DNA from: Dipteris shenzhenensis | Lineage: Eukaryota | NCBI GenBank assembly: GCA_047967505.1 | Contig: CM106538.1 | Strand: one strand, 5' to 3' | Length of the DNA: 64,000 nucleotides | Shown here: positions 47,853 through 59,682 of the stretch, piece after piece | Numbering within the stretch: the stretch's first letter is position 1 | Layout: each line of letters begins with the position of its first letter | The notes under the pieces: model-generated | What the model saw: the letters and a program-made list of their open reading frames with translations, nothing else | What the model was told of the DNA's origin: nothing | Database searches by the model: none | Made by a program: the position numbers and the translations under genes

Positions 47853-49279
47853 ACTGGTATCAGAGCCCGGGTGATCTAGCTGAGCATGCGTGAATGCTTG
47901 AAGCTCAGCAGCTCTGTGGGAGGAAGGAGAAGCTCTGTGGGAAGCTTTGTGGGTGACTTTACTTACATCCGAGTATGCAGAGACCTTGGAGGAACCTTTG
48001 GAAAAGTCACTTTGGCTTTGCGAAGTGGTTTTGAGAGCCTGTTAAGAGCTTTCAAAGAAAAAGTCGTTTTTTGAGCTTTTCCCTGTTCCGTTCGATGACA
48101 GAGACTCCATATTGACTTGTAGAGGCAACTATTGCTTGCTTTTGGTGTCCATTTCACTTCAGGAGCTTGGAAACACCTTCATTCTTGAATCTGGGATCAT
48201 TTCATTGGATTTCTGACTCACTGTGTCAGTTCCTGCGTTTTTTGCCCGGGTGTTGGAACTCAAGTTTAGAGCAACCATTTGCAGATCTGTCAATTCCAGT
48301 GGACTCAAGAGGTCCTAAAACTTCTATGTTGCTCATCATTCGCACTCCGGTGGAGTTTACAGATAGCTCTATTTCCAAAAACGTTTTTCAGTCTGTGTGT
48401 TGGACCTAGTGATTGAGACCACGGTTTCCAAAACCGTCTGTCCCATTGCGTTCCAGACACCCAAAAACCCCTACCTATCAGTTCTTGCGTGATTCGGTGG
48501 AGGATTTTCAGAGTTATAAATCTCTGTGTATTCAATTTCGTCTCTCTGTTATGCATTTTTCATTCTAAGGTTTTGAAACCTTAGATTTATGCCACATGGC
48601 AGTGGATAAGTGTTGACTCCCATTTCTCACTCATCGGTTGGGATTGTGGAGTTCTGGCAGAAGAGAGATATTTGCAGATTTTCTTGCTGAGTCCGATTAT
48701 GCAATGGCGCCCATGTTTTGAAGCATCTCAGGTTTTTAGTAGCGCTCATTACCGTGGGACTATGATTTCTTGAGCATACCTTATGCAGATCACTCTGGTT
48801 GTAGTTTGAGTAGTGTGCGCTCATTCGTGGTATGCATTGGGTTGCAATGGATGATTTATAGGCCATTTGGATGCATTGCGGTCCTTGTTGGATGCGCTGA
48901 TAGGCCCAAATTGCCTTGTGGGATGCTATTTTTTATGGACGCTTTGCACATGGATGCTATTTTATGCTGAGGGACAGCTTTGAAACATTGCAGGTGATGC
49001 ACTGATAGTGCTATGCTCTCTTGGATGAGACATTATTGATGCATATGCCAGTGGACAGTGTTTATGCTTGAGTCATTTGGCACTTATTGGCATTTTCTTT
49101 TGGGCCAGATTTGCTCATATGGATGCATAGTATATGCACATGAGTCAGATGCATCTTTTGATGCTTTGAGCTTTGGTGATATTTCACTCTATTGTGTCAT
49201 ACACATTCGGGTGCACTTGGTATTTGGTGTGATTCTCTCTTGCAAGCACTAGCATTTGGGATTTTGCTTTATTCGCATC

Positions 49280-52200
49280 ATGGCATCCTCTTCCATGTCT
49301 GAAAAGGAGCTTTTCAGCATTAAAAAGTTTGATGGGACAAACTTTTCTTTGTGGAAAGAACAAATAAGGGATGTGCTTATTCAAAAGAAGCAGATTAAAC
49401 CCTTGGCAGGTATTGAAGCTAAGCCTACGGATATGTCTGAGGATGATTGGAATGAGTTGGATGCATTAGCAAAGTCTACTATTAGACTTCATCTTGCAGA
49501 GTCAGTTTATTTCACAGTAGTAAATGAGCAGACTACGGAAGATTTGTGGAAGAAACTGTGTGCCACTTATGAGAAGGAAACTGCCTCTAATAAAGTTTAA
49601 CTCATGAAGAGGTTGTTTGAGCTGCAGATGAAGGAAGGGGTCTCCATTGCTTCTCACTTGAATGAATTCAATATTATTTTCAGCCAGCTTCAGGCTCAGA
49701 AAATGAATTTTGATGCGGAGACTAAGGCAATATTTCTCTTATGTTCATTGCCATCCTCATGGGATACCTTCCGTACAGCTGTCAGTAACTCTGCACCTGG
49801 TGGAGTACTGAAATTTGATGATGTTGTGGGTAGCTTGTTGGCTGAGGAGATTAGACGGAAGTCTATGGATGGCAACAAGCAGGATGCAGCCTTAAATGTG
49901 CAAAGGGGCAGATCACAGTTCAGGGGGAAGTCCCAAGAAAGAGGGAAGTCTCGTAGCAAATCCAGGGCACGGAACATTGAGTGTTACCATTGTGGCAAGA
50001 AGGGCCATATGAAAAAGGATTGCTACAAGCTGAAAAGAGAGCAAAAGGATAAGAAAAAGAATGCAAATTGGGGTGCAAATCAAAAGGAAGAGAGCCCAAG
50101 GGAGGACAAAGGAAAAGTGAAGATCGAGGAGATCAATGCAGTCACACATGATAGTGACAATGACGTTCTCTTCATGTCTAGTTTATCTGCAGAGTTGCTT
50201 ACCACTTCAGATGATGCATATTCCCAGGATTGGATTTTGGATTCTGGTGCTTCATTCCATGTTACTCCCCATAAGGAATGGTTCTCCACTTATGACAGTG
50301 GAAAGACAGGTTGTGTGCATCTTGGAAATGACTATGCATGTGACATAGTGGGAGCAGGTGACATAAAGTTTTCTTTTGCAAATGGGTCTGCATTTGTTTT
50401 GAAACATGTGAGACATGTGCCTAAGTTGACCAAGAGTCTTATTTTAGTGGGTCAGCTAGATGATGCTAGTTTTCACACCACTTTTGGCTTTCAGAGTTGG
50501 AAAATTCAGAAGGGCTCTATGCTTTTGGCTAGGGGTGCCAAGTGTGGGACTTTGTATCCCTTACATGTATCAGGGGTATTTGATCATGTTGTTGCAATAA
50601 CCGAGCAGCCAAGCACTTCTTTGTGGCATTACAGGTTTGGGCACATGAGCCAGAATGGAATGAAACTCTTATGCCGTTTGGGTTATGTACCGCATTTGAG
50701 TTTCTCTGATTTTGAATTTTGTGAGCACTGTCTCTATGGGAAGCAGACTAAATCAGCCCATAAAAGAAGGGGAAAGAAAGAGTTTGAAATGCTTGATTTG
50801 GTGCATTCAGATGTATGTGGTCCCATGCCTACAAGGTCATTAGGCGGGGCTGAATACTATGTGACATTTATTGATGATGCAACTAGGAAAGTGTGGGCTT
50901 ATGCTATAGCTCGGAAGAGTGATGTGTTCCAGGTATTTCAAAAATGGCTGGCCTTGGTTGAGAATCAGTCAGGTAGAATGCTTAAATGCCTACGGACTGA
51001 CAATGGTGGAGAGTATCTCTCTCATGACTTTCAGCATTTTTGTGATACTCGTGGGATTAAGAGGGAGCTTACATCCCCTCGTACTCCAGAGCAAAATCCA
51101 GTTGTAGAAAAGATGAACCGTACCATTCAAGAAAGGTTGCAATGCATGCTTTCCAATGCAAGTCTTTCTGGTGGTTTTTGGGCTGAGGCAATGAAGACTG
51201 CAGTGCATGTGATCAATAGATCACCTAGTAAGAGTTTGGATGGTGGTATTCCTAAAGAGGCATGGAGTGGCAAGAAGCCCTCTTACTCTCATTTGCATAT
51301 ATTTGGGTGTGAGGCATATGCACATGTGCCAAAAGAGCTTCGAAAGAAGCTAGATCCTAAGTCTAGGAAATGCATCTTTCTAGGTTATGGTGAAAGTGGA
51401 GAGATGGGCTATCGTCTCTGGGATCCAGAAGCAAAGAAGATCATACGCAGCCATGATGTGGTCTTCAATGAGAAGAAGATGCATAAGGCACCCATGAGGG
51501 ATGTGGAAATGAGGAGAATCACTTTCCAGGATGTGAATCCACCTGCATATGTTGATAGACAGCAAGCTGTCCATGCACCAAATGTGCAAGAAATGGTACA
51601 ACCAAGTACTCCCACAGGTATACAATCAAGGGTAGATGATGGATCATCTATTGGTGGAAATGATGAGCCAAATGTGGCTGATATGCAAGTGGGACAGCAA
51701 GCTGAAATGCCCTTGAGAAGATCATCTAGAGTGTCTAGACCGCCTGATAGGTTTGTTCTAGGGGTAGACTATGTGATGCTTACTGATTGCAGGGAGCCTT
51801 CTTGCTATAGAGAGGCTATGATGCATGAGGATCAACGCAAGTGGGAGTATGCTATGCAATCAGAGATGAGTTCACTTATGAAGAATAAGACTTGGGACTT
51901 GGTTTCTTTGCCACATGGAAAGAAAGCATTGCCATGTAAATGGGTCTACAAAATGAAGCTCACAGGTGATGATGTGCCTAGGTACAAGGCCCGTTTGGTT
52001 GCTAAAGGGTTCAAGCAAGAGAAGGGTGTGGACTTTGATGAGATATTCTCTCCGGTTGTGAAGATGACCACACTTAGATGCATGCTTGGACTAGTGGCAG
52101 TAGAGGATATGGAGCTTATGCAAATGGATGTCAAGACAGCTTTCTTGCATGGGGATTTGCATGAGAAAATTTACATGGTGCAGCCGGAAGGCTTTGAAGA

Positions 52201-53344
52201 AAAGGGCAAAGAGCATTTAGTTTGCAAGCTGAAAAAGAGTCTCTATGGTTTTAAGCAAGCACCTAGAGAATGGTATCAGAAGTTTGATGCTTTCATTCGG
52301 TCCCAAGGTTTTAGAAGGAGTGAAATTGATCACTGCCTCTACACTAAAAGGGCTAAGGATAGTAGCCTGATAATCCTGGCACTATATGTGGATGATATGC
52401 TATTGGCTAGCAAGAATACTTATGAGGTAGATGCATTAAAGGCCAAGTTGCATGAGGCCTTTGATATGAAGGATTTGGAATTTGCAGGTCATATTCTTGG
52501 TATGCGCATCACGCGTGATCGGAGTAGGAAACTCCTTTGGCTTTCACAAAAAGAGTATGTTACAAAAGTATTGCAGCGTTTCAATATGGAGGGGGGGAAG
52601 GCAGTGAGTACTCCATTGCCTCCATATGTGAAACTGAGTCATACAGATAGTCCCAAATCAGATGAGGAGAGGGCCATGATGGCCAAGGTTCCTTATGCAT
52701 CAGTAGTTGGGAGTCTTATGTATGCTATGATAGCTACTAGACCAGACATTGCATTTGCAGTGGGAGTTGTTAGCCGGTATATGGCTAATCCAGGAAAGAG
52801 GCATTGGGAGGTAGTTAAGTGCATCATGAGGTACATGAAGGGTACCAAGGAGATGTGCATCTGCTTTGGTAAAGAAGACATGCGTGTACTTGGGTACACA
52901 GATTCAGACTATGCAGGGCATGTGGATAGTAGGAGATCCACTTCTGGTTATGTGTTCACCTTTGCAGGTGGTGCAGTGTCGTGGATGTCTCGCACACAGA
53001 AGTGTGTTACTTTGTCTACCACAGAGGCTGAGTATGTTGCAGCCATAGAGGGTTGCAAGGAGGCTATATGGCTTGATCGGCTAGTGGGAGATTTGGGGAT
53101 TCATACAGGTGTACCGACATTGCATAGTGATTTCATGAGTGCTATTCAGCTAGCATGGAATCTGGTCTTTCATGCAAAGACCAAACACATTGAGGTCAGG
53201 TACCATTTCATCAGGGAGGTACTTGAGGACAAGTGCATAGAGCTTGTCAAGGTTCATACAGATGATAACCCTGCAGATATGCTGACGAAGAGTCTACCTA
53301 GTCAGCGGTTTGAGTATTGTCGTGTATTGATGGGCATTGGATAG
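49280..53344 (+). pseudogene. gag-pol: Copia D gag-pol polyprotein with one in-frame stop (49598-49600)
   Basis: KFDGTNFSLWK, CYHCGKKGHMKKDC, WILDSGASFH, HSDVCGP/RTDNGGEY, QMDVKTAFLHG, LYVDDML, DSDYAG, ADMLTK. ORFs 49256-49600 and 49604-53344 are in the same frame. Confidence 0.96.
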
Positions 53345-53397
53345 TATGCTCACTGGTTGTTCTCCCTTAAAGGCACATTGTCCTTTAAGTGGGAAGT

Positions 53398-53568
53398 TGT
53401 GGGGGTTAAAGGTCACTGTGCCTTAACCCCGGTTATGTACAATACTCAAACACATATATAAATGAATGAAAAAGAAGATTAGGGTGGTTCTGCACCCACC
53501 AAAACTTGTGTGGCTCTCTGTCTCTCTCTCTCCTTCTTCCGTTCTTGCTTCCGTTGAGAGCACTCTCA
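53398..53568 (+). repeat. 3' LTR of Copia D
   Basis: No difference seen versus 47682-47852. Confidence 0.96.
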
Positions 53569-53799
53569 TGAAAGCATTGTAGTTTGAAGCTAAAGAAGAA
53601 GACATGTCCAAATGAAATGAGGGAAGACAACCACGTTGCTCTAAAATGGAGGAGATTTGAAAATGTCAATATTGAAGGATCCAATAAAAGGAGATGGCTA
53701 TTGTCATGTAAGAGCACTCAGCCAAGGGTCCAGCTTGTAGGTCATGTGGTTCAATCCACCCCAAAATATGTGCTTCACAATCTCACGGCTAGTTGGTAG

Positions 53800-54034
53800 G
53801 ATGTGCCTTGCCAATTTTCCCGGTGACACTATTGTATCTGTCATAGATTTTGCAAAAAATTATTCTTTTCAAGAACAAGATGAGATACAGAGTGCTCACT
53901 GGTGCAACAAGCAGTTCAAGATGTGCCTTGCCAATTTTCCCGGTTACACTATTGTATTTGTCATAGATTTTGCAAAAAATTATTCTTTTCAAGAACAAGA
54001 TGAGATACAAAGTGTTCACTAGTGCAACAAGCAA
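53800..54034 (+). repeat. 120-bp in-frame tandem duplication within the transposase
   Basis: GATGTGCCTTGCCAATTTTCCCGGT... at 53800 and 53920. Confidence 0.92.
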
Positions 54035-55329
54035 ATAACAATTCTTGTGCATATCACATATAGTCATTTGCTTGACTCTTCCATGCCTGATGCCAATCTA
54101 CTTGTTGACTCACAGGGGTCCAGGTCAGTGCAATGCACTTACCATTTCTACATTTCAGATGATAGGGAACATGACACCCTCTTTGTGTAGCATGCTTTTC
54201 TACTACATTGGGAATGGCTGAAAAAGAAAAATCCCCATGCAAAAAATATAAAACAACATTGGGTGTGGTTAGATGATGCTGCCTCTCAATTTAAATCAGC
54301 ACGTGGATTCTACTTCATCTTAAGGTTCAAATCCCTGACCGGTCTAGACATGATGTGGAATTTCTTTGGGTCTAGCCATGGCAAGGGTGAACATGATGGA
54401 TGCAGTGCTGTTATTAAACAAGCTCTGTTTAAACACCAATTAGCATGCCCTCAAGAAAAACTCAATGATGACCATGATGCTATAACATGGCTTATAGCCA
54501 ACCTCTCCATAGGTGCGCATTCAACATACAGTAAACAAAGCCTTAAGAATAATGTAGTACGTAGAGTGTTCCATGAAGTGAAAGTGGATGAAGTGCAAAG
54601 GAGAAGCCGGCATGATTGTGAGAAAATTAAAGGAGTTCATGGTCTGCACAGCATATGGGGCTTTTCAAACAACCAACTGATTGAAATGAGAAAACTTTCT
54701 TGTTTCTGTAGTGTGTGCACCGTAGGGGATCATGACGATTGTGAGAACATTGCAACTGTGAAGACATGGGAGTGAGTTCAAGTTTTTTCTCTATGTTCAA
54801 ATGGAGTGACAAACAATGGAGAGACAAATGACTCGCCACAGTTTGGGGAGAGTTTCAATTACCTCACTGACTATCTAGAATAGGGGGATAAGTTTGCAGT
54901 TGTCGCAGATTTTGGGGAGAATGAGGAAGATGACCCATACTTTCTGTTGCAGTGCATAAAACCTAAGTACAAGGTTGAGGAAACATTTGAGGATACTTGG
55001 GGAACAATCTATGAGAGTGGGATGTAGTAGTCGGAGCTTTTTGGTACAAAAAAACATCCAAGAGAGGCCGCAATTATGAACTGCTACATAAGAGTCCACA
55101 AACATGTGTACTCTCATCTAGTAAGAGCTATTAAGTTCCAGATGCAACCTGTGCCACAATGAAAGAAGGGCAAGAGTGTCTTCAAATTGGATTTCGACAT
55201 GCATGAGCACATCTTGGGTGTCTTGGAGTAGTGGACGAGGACGACTAAGATAGTACTAAGAAAATGTATGTAGTCTCAATGTAGGAAAACAATATGTCCA
55301 CTTGTCCTACAAAATGGAATTTGTATTGA

Positions 55330-55925
55330 GATTGCTTGTTTTTAGTATATCCCAAACAACCACCGTGTTGGTTTTATTGAATTATTTTTATAAATCACAA
55401 ATAGTAAAACCCATGCTTGTTTTTAGTATATCCCAACAACCACTGCATTGGTTTCCCATAATGAATCCACACACCCTATAAATCCATTCATCTTGTAATA
55501 ATAGAAGCAAACCACCGTGTTGGTGGTTGTTCATATCCTAGTGCAAACCAACCACTGCACTGGCAATAACTTATCCTGCACTACTACCGTGCTATCCCTA
55601 CACTACTGCTGTGCTATCCTAAAATTTGTTGCACAGTGCTATACTAAAACAGTGCCCTTTAGACTGCTTATCATTTTGTTAACCGTCACATTCCATCCCA
55701 TGCTTTATTTTAGTATATCCCAACAACCATCGTGCTGGTTTCCCATAACAAATCCATTCATCTTGTAATAATAGAAGCAAACCACTATGTTGGTGTTTGT
55801 TCATGTTCTAGTGCAACCAACCACTGTGCTAGCAATAACTTGTCCTGCACTACTACCATGCTATCCCTACACTACTACCATGCTATCCTAAAATTTATTG
55901 CACAGTGCTAGTGCCCTTTAGATTA
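55330..55925. repeat. Direct repeats (~270-bp period) downstream of the transposase
   Basis: AATCCATTCATCTTGTAATAATAGAAGCAAACCAC at 55481 and 55751; TTTTAGTATATCCCAA(A)CAACCA x3. Confidence 0.82.
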
Positions 55926-56681
55926 GGTATAGTTAACAGTCAGATTTCAACCACCGGGCTACTTAAAACATTTAAGTACTAACGTGGAAGCAAGTCGATA
56001 CAAAATCAGGTATTATGAGCACCATGAGAATATCCACAAGTTCAAACCATCTGCAATATTTTTATTATTTCAAAACACAATGATATTTTGCTTTTTCAAG
56101 GAAATTCCAGACTCCCAACAATCTTATCAACCTCTCTAAGCTCTTGAGGCCAGTCTGTTGCTCAATGGTAGACCTCTTCACACACTTGAATTATACTCTA
56201 TTTTCTTGACTCTACCGACTTATATGCCCATAGTAACTCTTCCTTTCACTGGGGGTCCTCTTCATCCTAGTCTTTGCGGTCTATACATCTTCGCACCTCT
56301 ATCATGTCCTGCCAAAAGAAACCTACATCATGAGCTTGACAAGTACCTTAAAGGAGTAGGAAAAACAATAGCCAGGGAAATTATTCACCGTCTGTGCCGA
56401 CTCCAAGTAATAAACCCACCACCAAAGCATGTCCTCCTTGCAGCTATTTTCCTCCTTCTCTGGGTCTGTTTCTCCGAGGATTTCATCCAACATCATTTTC
56501 AGATAGAACAAAAGCATTCCAAAGTCTTTTGGGTATGCCATAGATTCACAGTAGGTGGATCAACATACAAAGTTTGGATTGGTGTATAGAGTTTTGGGGC
56601 TAGATTTCATAATGGGCTCTTAGTTGTGTCTGCACTACACTTAAATAGGGAGAGAGTTCATTGAGCCCAACCTTCTCATTC

Positions 56682-56890
56682 TTCAGTCTCATGTTATTTG
56701 TCTAATCTAAGTCTTTCATCTCATATTAGTTGTCTAATCAAAATATATCGTCTCACATTAGTTCACTAATCGAAATCTTTTAGTCTCACATTAGTGATCT
56801 AATTTAAATATTTTGTCTCACATTACCTGTCAAATCGAAATCTTTCATCTCACATTACTTGTCAAATCGAAATCTTTCATCTCATTATTA
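56682..56890. repeat. ~32-bp minisatellite, about 6 copies
   Basis: Consensus near TCTCACATTAGTTGTCTAATCGAAATCTTTCA. Confidence 0.85.
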
Positions 56891-57025
56891 TCACCATGCT
56901 GGCGTGGATCAAAGGACACTATCTAGTCACTTAGCTGAGAAAACATTACGCCCAAGTAAACTTTGGAGAAGATTAACAAATCAATAGATTACAATCTCAA
57001 ATACTCCTTTACTTTAGATGACATC

Positions 57026-58860
57026 TTAAGGACTCCTTGTTGAGCTCCCTGATTGCAGGCGTAGCGCTCCTTGCTCCTTTCTAGAATGGGGCTGGTTCCT
57101 TCCTATAGGGGCTCGGCCCTTCCCTTCATACTGCTTCCTCTTTCCTTGATTTGAGCTTCCTGGTTGTTGCAAGCTCAGCCCTTCTTGCTCCTTTCTTGAA
57201 GGGGGCTGCTTCCTCCCTTCAGGCTCCTTTTCCTCGCAATCAGGTTCAGTCTTGGCCTTCTTCAATTTGAGCTCCTTGTCTTTAAGATCTTTTGCCCAAA
57301 TGGCAAATTGAGTTATAGCATCTGCTTTCTTGTCGTAGATAGTTGTAGTAGGCAAGCACATTTGATCTATCCATGACCTAGGCAATGGCAAATGGCATTC
57401 TCTACATAGAGATTTTGTATGCACAAAAACGTGCACAGGGTGGTAGCATCCAAAGTAGAAAACGTGCACAAGGTGGTAGCATGCAGGCCATCGGATATAG
57501 CAGTCATCTATGATGGGGTATGGTAGACCATGCATTTCGGACCTTGTTGTATAGCATGATAGGCATCCGATTTAACTATTGTGACCATCAATACCACAGT
57601 CTTGCTCTATACATGACGAAGTTGCTTCTTGATTCCTTCCTCCCTCATCCTAAGGCTATGGATGTTCTTCTTCATCTCCTCCACTTTTTGCTCACTGTGT
57701 GCAACAGCTTCATCTGAATCCCTCAGCATCTATTGAAGCTACATAAATTGATGAAAAACATCTAAATAGGTGGTTTCCAAGACTTCCACTCTAGTTTAGA
57801 AATCTCATAAGACGACAAACTGCATTTCATAACTGTTGAAAGCCATGGCAAGCTTGTGTAAACATCTATCCCGATCTTCTTGTAGGGTCTTGTAACTTGC
57901 TCTTTGGACTTCCAATCGTATTTCGAAAAAATAACCCTCACCGTGGCTGCTACAAATTGCTCCACTGTGGTGGCTGGAACTAGCTCCACCAAGGTGACTA
58001 AAACTAGCTCCACCATGGCTTGCTCCATCGTAGCTGCTCTCTGCATCCTTCCTAGCCTGGGGAGTTGCCTCGTTGTCTTCTCCACCTTGACAGCTCTCTA
58101 CCCCATCCTTCCTAGCTGTGAAGCTCTCTCGTAGTTCCTGCATCACCTTTTTGGTTTTTGCATTCTTCCTTTTCAACTCCTCCATCATCTAGTCTTTTTT
58201 AATACTCAATGCATTGTGCATATTGCAGAGCCATTTGTAAAGACCCTCCTTTTTGGCTCTTTGGTCTTCAAGCTCCTTTTGCATCTTTTCTAGCTCCTTG
58301 TCCATCATGATCTCCATCATTCTCACTTCTTCAAGCCTATCTCGGAGCTCCTTCATGTGCTTCTCTACTTCTTTTCTATGCCTTTCCATGTCGACCAATT
58401 TTATAGCGGCCTCCTCTACCTTGGCTTCTGCACCTTCCTTGAGACTTTTCTCAAGTTGCGCTACTCTGCTGCATCAGTGGCTTTCTCTTGTAGAGAAGTC
58501 ACCTTCTGAGATATTTAAATTCTTGTATTGCTCAAAAATCCCTTTGGGGGTAGATGCCATTAGGTGCATTGCAACTCCAATGGACTGAGATGACAATTGG
58601 GATTTGCCATCCATGCAATTCATGTTGGTTAACATGCTCTTGGAGATTGTCCTTGAGAAAGATACATGATGTCCTTTCAGTTGCTCTACTATTGCTTGAA
58701 CCTACCAGAACTTGCAAGTTCCTCTCGTATCAAGAGAGAAGTGAATGGTCTTCTTCAACCATCTTGGAGGTCTGTTGGCAAGCTCGAAATCTTTACTCCA
58801 CCATAGTTACTATTCTGAGCGTTCGGGTATACATCTAGAATATCTTGTCTCTTCCACTGC
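57026..58860 (-). pseudogene. Decayed gene: coiled-coil protein with a RING-H2-like Cys/His cluster
   Basis: E/K/R/L heptad-rich ORFs (58189-58398, 57805-58188) are followed by GPKC(frameshift)GLPYP...CYHPVHVF...LCRECHLPLPRSW and a charged tail. Stops and frameshifts throughout. Confidence 0.45.
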
Positions 58861-59329
58861 TTCTCAAAAAAGTGTGCTTCATTAGGGGAGAACTGGGGTC
58901 TCTAAAGGGCCCCCAATTAGTGTTTCCTAATTTCAAGGGATTAGTGAGGTATTTGAGATGTACCAATGGGAGTGCTCCTTTTTGTGGGGCAATGCCATGT
59001 TGAGGTGGAGGGTGGGCAGACCTGCAAATAGCCCCTATTGGTTACTTCTCTTACACCAGGGACCACTCAAAACATCCCCCCCCCTCAACTCATGCTTGAC
59101 CCTTCTCCCATATGCATCTCCCCCAAACAAACCTACAAGTCATTCAAGAGGCAGTGGCCCTTCTGGGCAAAATTTCCCCCCTCTCAGCTTGTTATAGGCC
59201 TAACCCCTCCTCTGTTCTAGTCCAGCTCCATTCTCCCTCTATTTTTCAAACATGGGAACTCATTTGGCATCTTCTCTGTCCCCTCTTGCTCTGGTCCACT
59301 GTGTTTCTCCCTCTCCAGCACCTCCTGTA

Positions 59330-59570
59330 GAAGTTGCTCATTCTCTCTGCATTCCTAGCTATAGCACCTCCTACAGTAGCAGCTGCTCATCCCCCTCTAC
59401 TCTTTCTCCCTCCAATCCTAGCTACAGTACCTCTTGTAGTGGCTGCTCATCCCCCTCTGCTCTTTCTCCCTCCATTCCTAGCTACAACACCTCCTGGAGT
59501 AGATGCTCATCCCCCTCTACTCTTTCTTCCTTCATTCCTAGCTATAGCATCTCTTGGAGCTTCTCTCAAC
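59330..59570 (+). repeat. 60-bp tandem repeat, about 4 units (Ser/Pro-coding potential)
   Basis: GCTCATCCCCCTCT(A/G)CTCTTTCT at ~59385, ~59445 and ~59505; CCTAGCTA x4. Confidence 0.85.
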
Positions 59571-59682
59571 CTTCAGTTGCACCCTCTATACCTTTTCCCT
59601 CTCTCTCCCTCTATCAGAGCTACTCTCTCCCTCCAAGTTGCACTTTTTAGTCCACTATTGCTGTTGTGACCTCTGTACAAGC

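Larger units (their letters stand above)
47682..53568 (+). mobile_element. Element D: full-length Ty1/copia LTR retrotransposon
   Basis: Identical 171-bp LTRs at 47682-47852 and 53398-53568. TSD TGAAA at 47677-47681 and 53569-53573. PBS TGGTATCAGAGCC at 47855. PPT AAGTGGGAAG before the 3' LTR. ~1.4-kb leader. Confidence 0.97.
46700..55230 (+). pseudogene. Sola2-like DDE transposase, decayed and split by Copia D
   Basis: F..CKPWYVR..CCCKIH (47380-47450); after the insert, IDFAKNYSFQEQDEIQSAHW, YISDDREHD, WLDDAASQFK, WNFFGSSHGKGEHDG and LSCFCSVC. The DF.ENY / SDG..QFK / HGKG..DG pattern is what I recall for Sola2; that superfamily call is unverified. Confidence 0.65.

Noticed and set aside
49598-49600. 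Programmed stop-codon readthrough between gag and pol in Copia D
   Set aside because: The TAA lies inside gag at a position expected to be Tyr (SNKVxLMKRLF) and lacks a CARYYA-type context; a point mutation is simpler.
56682-56890. CRISPR-like repeat
   Set aside because: Units are head-to-tail and degenerate with no unique spacers; an ordinary minisatellite.
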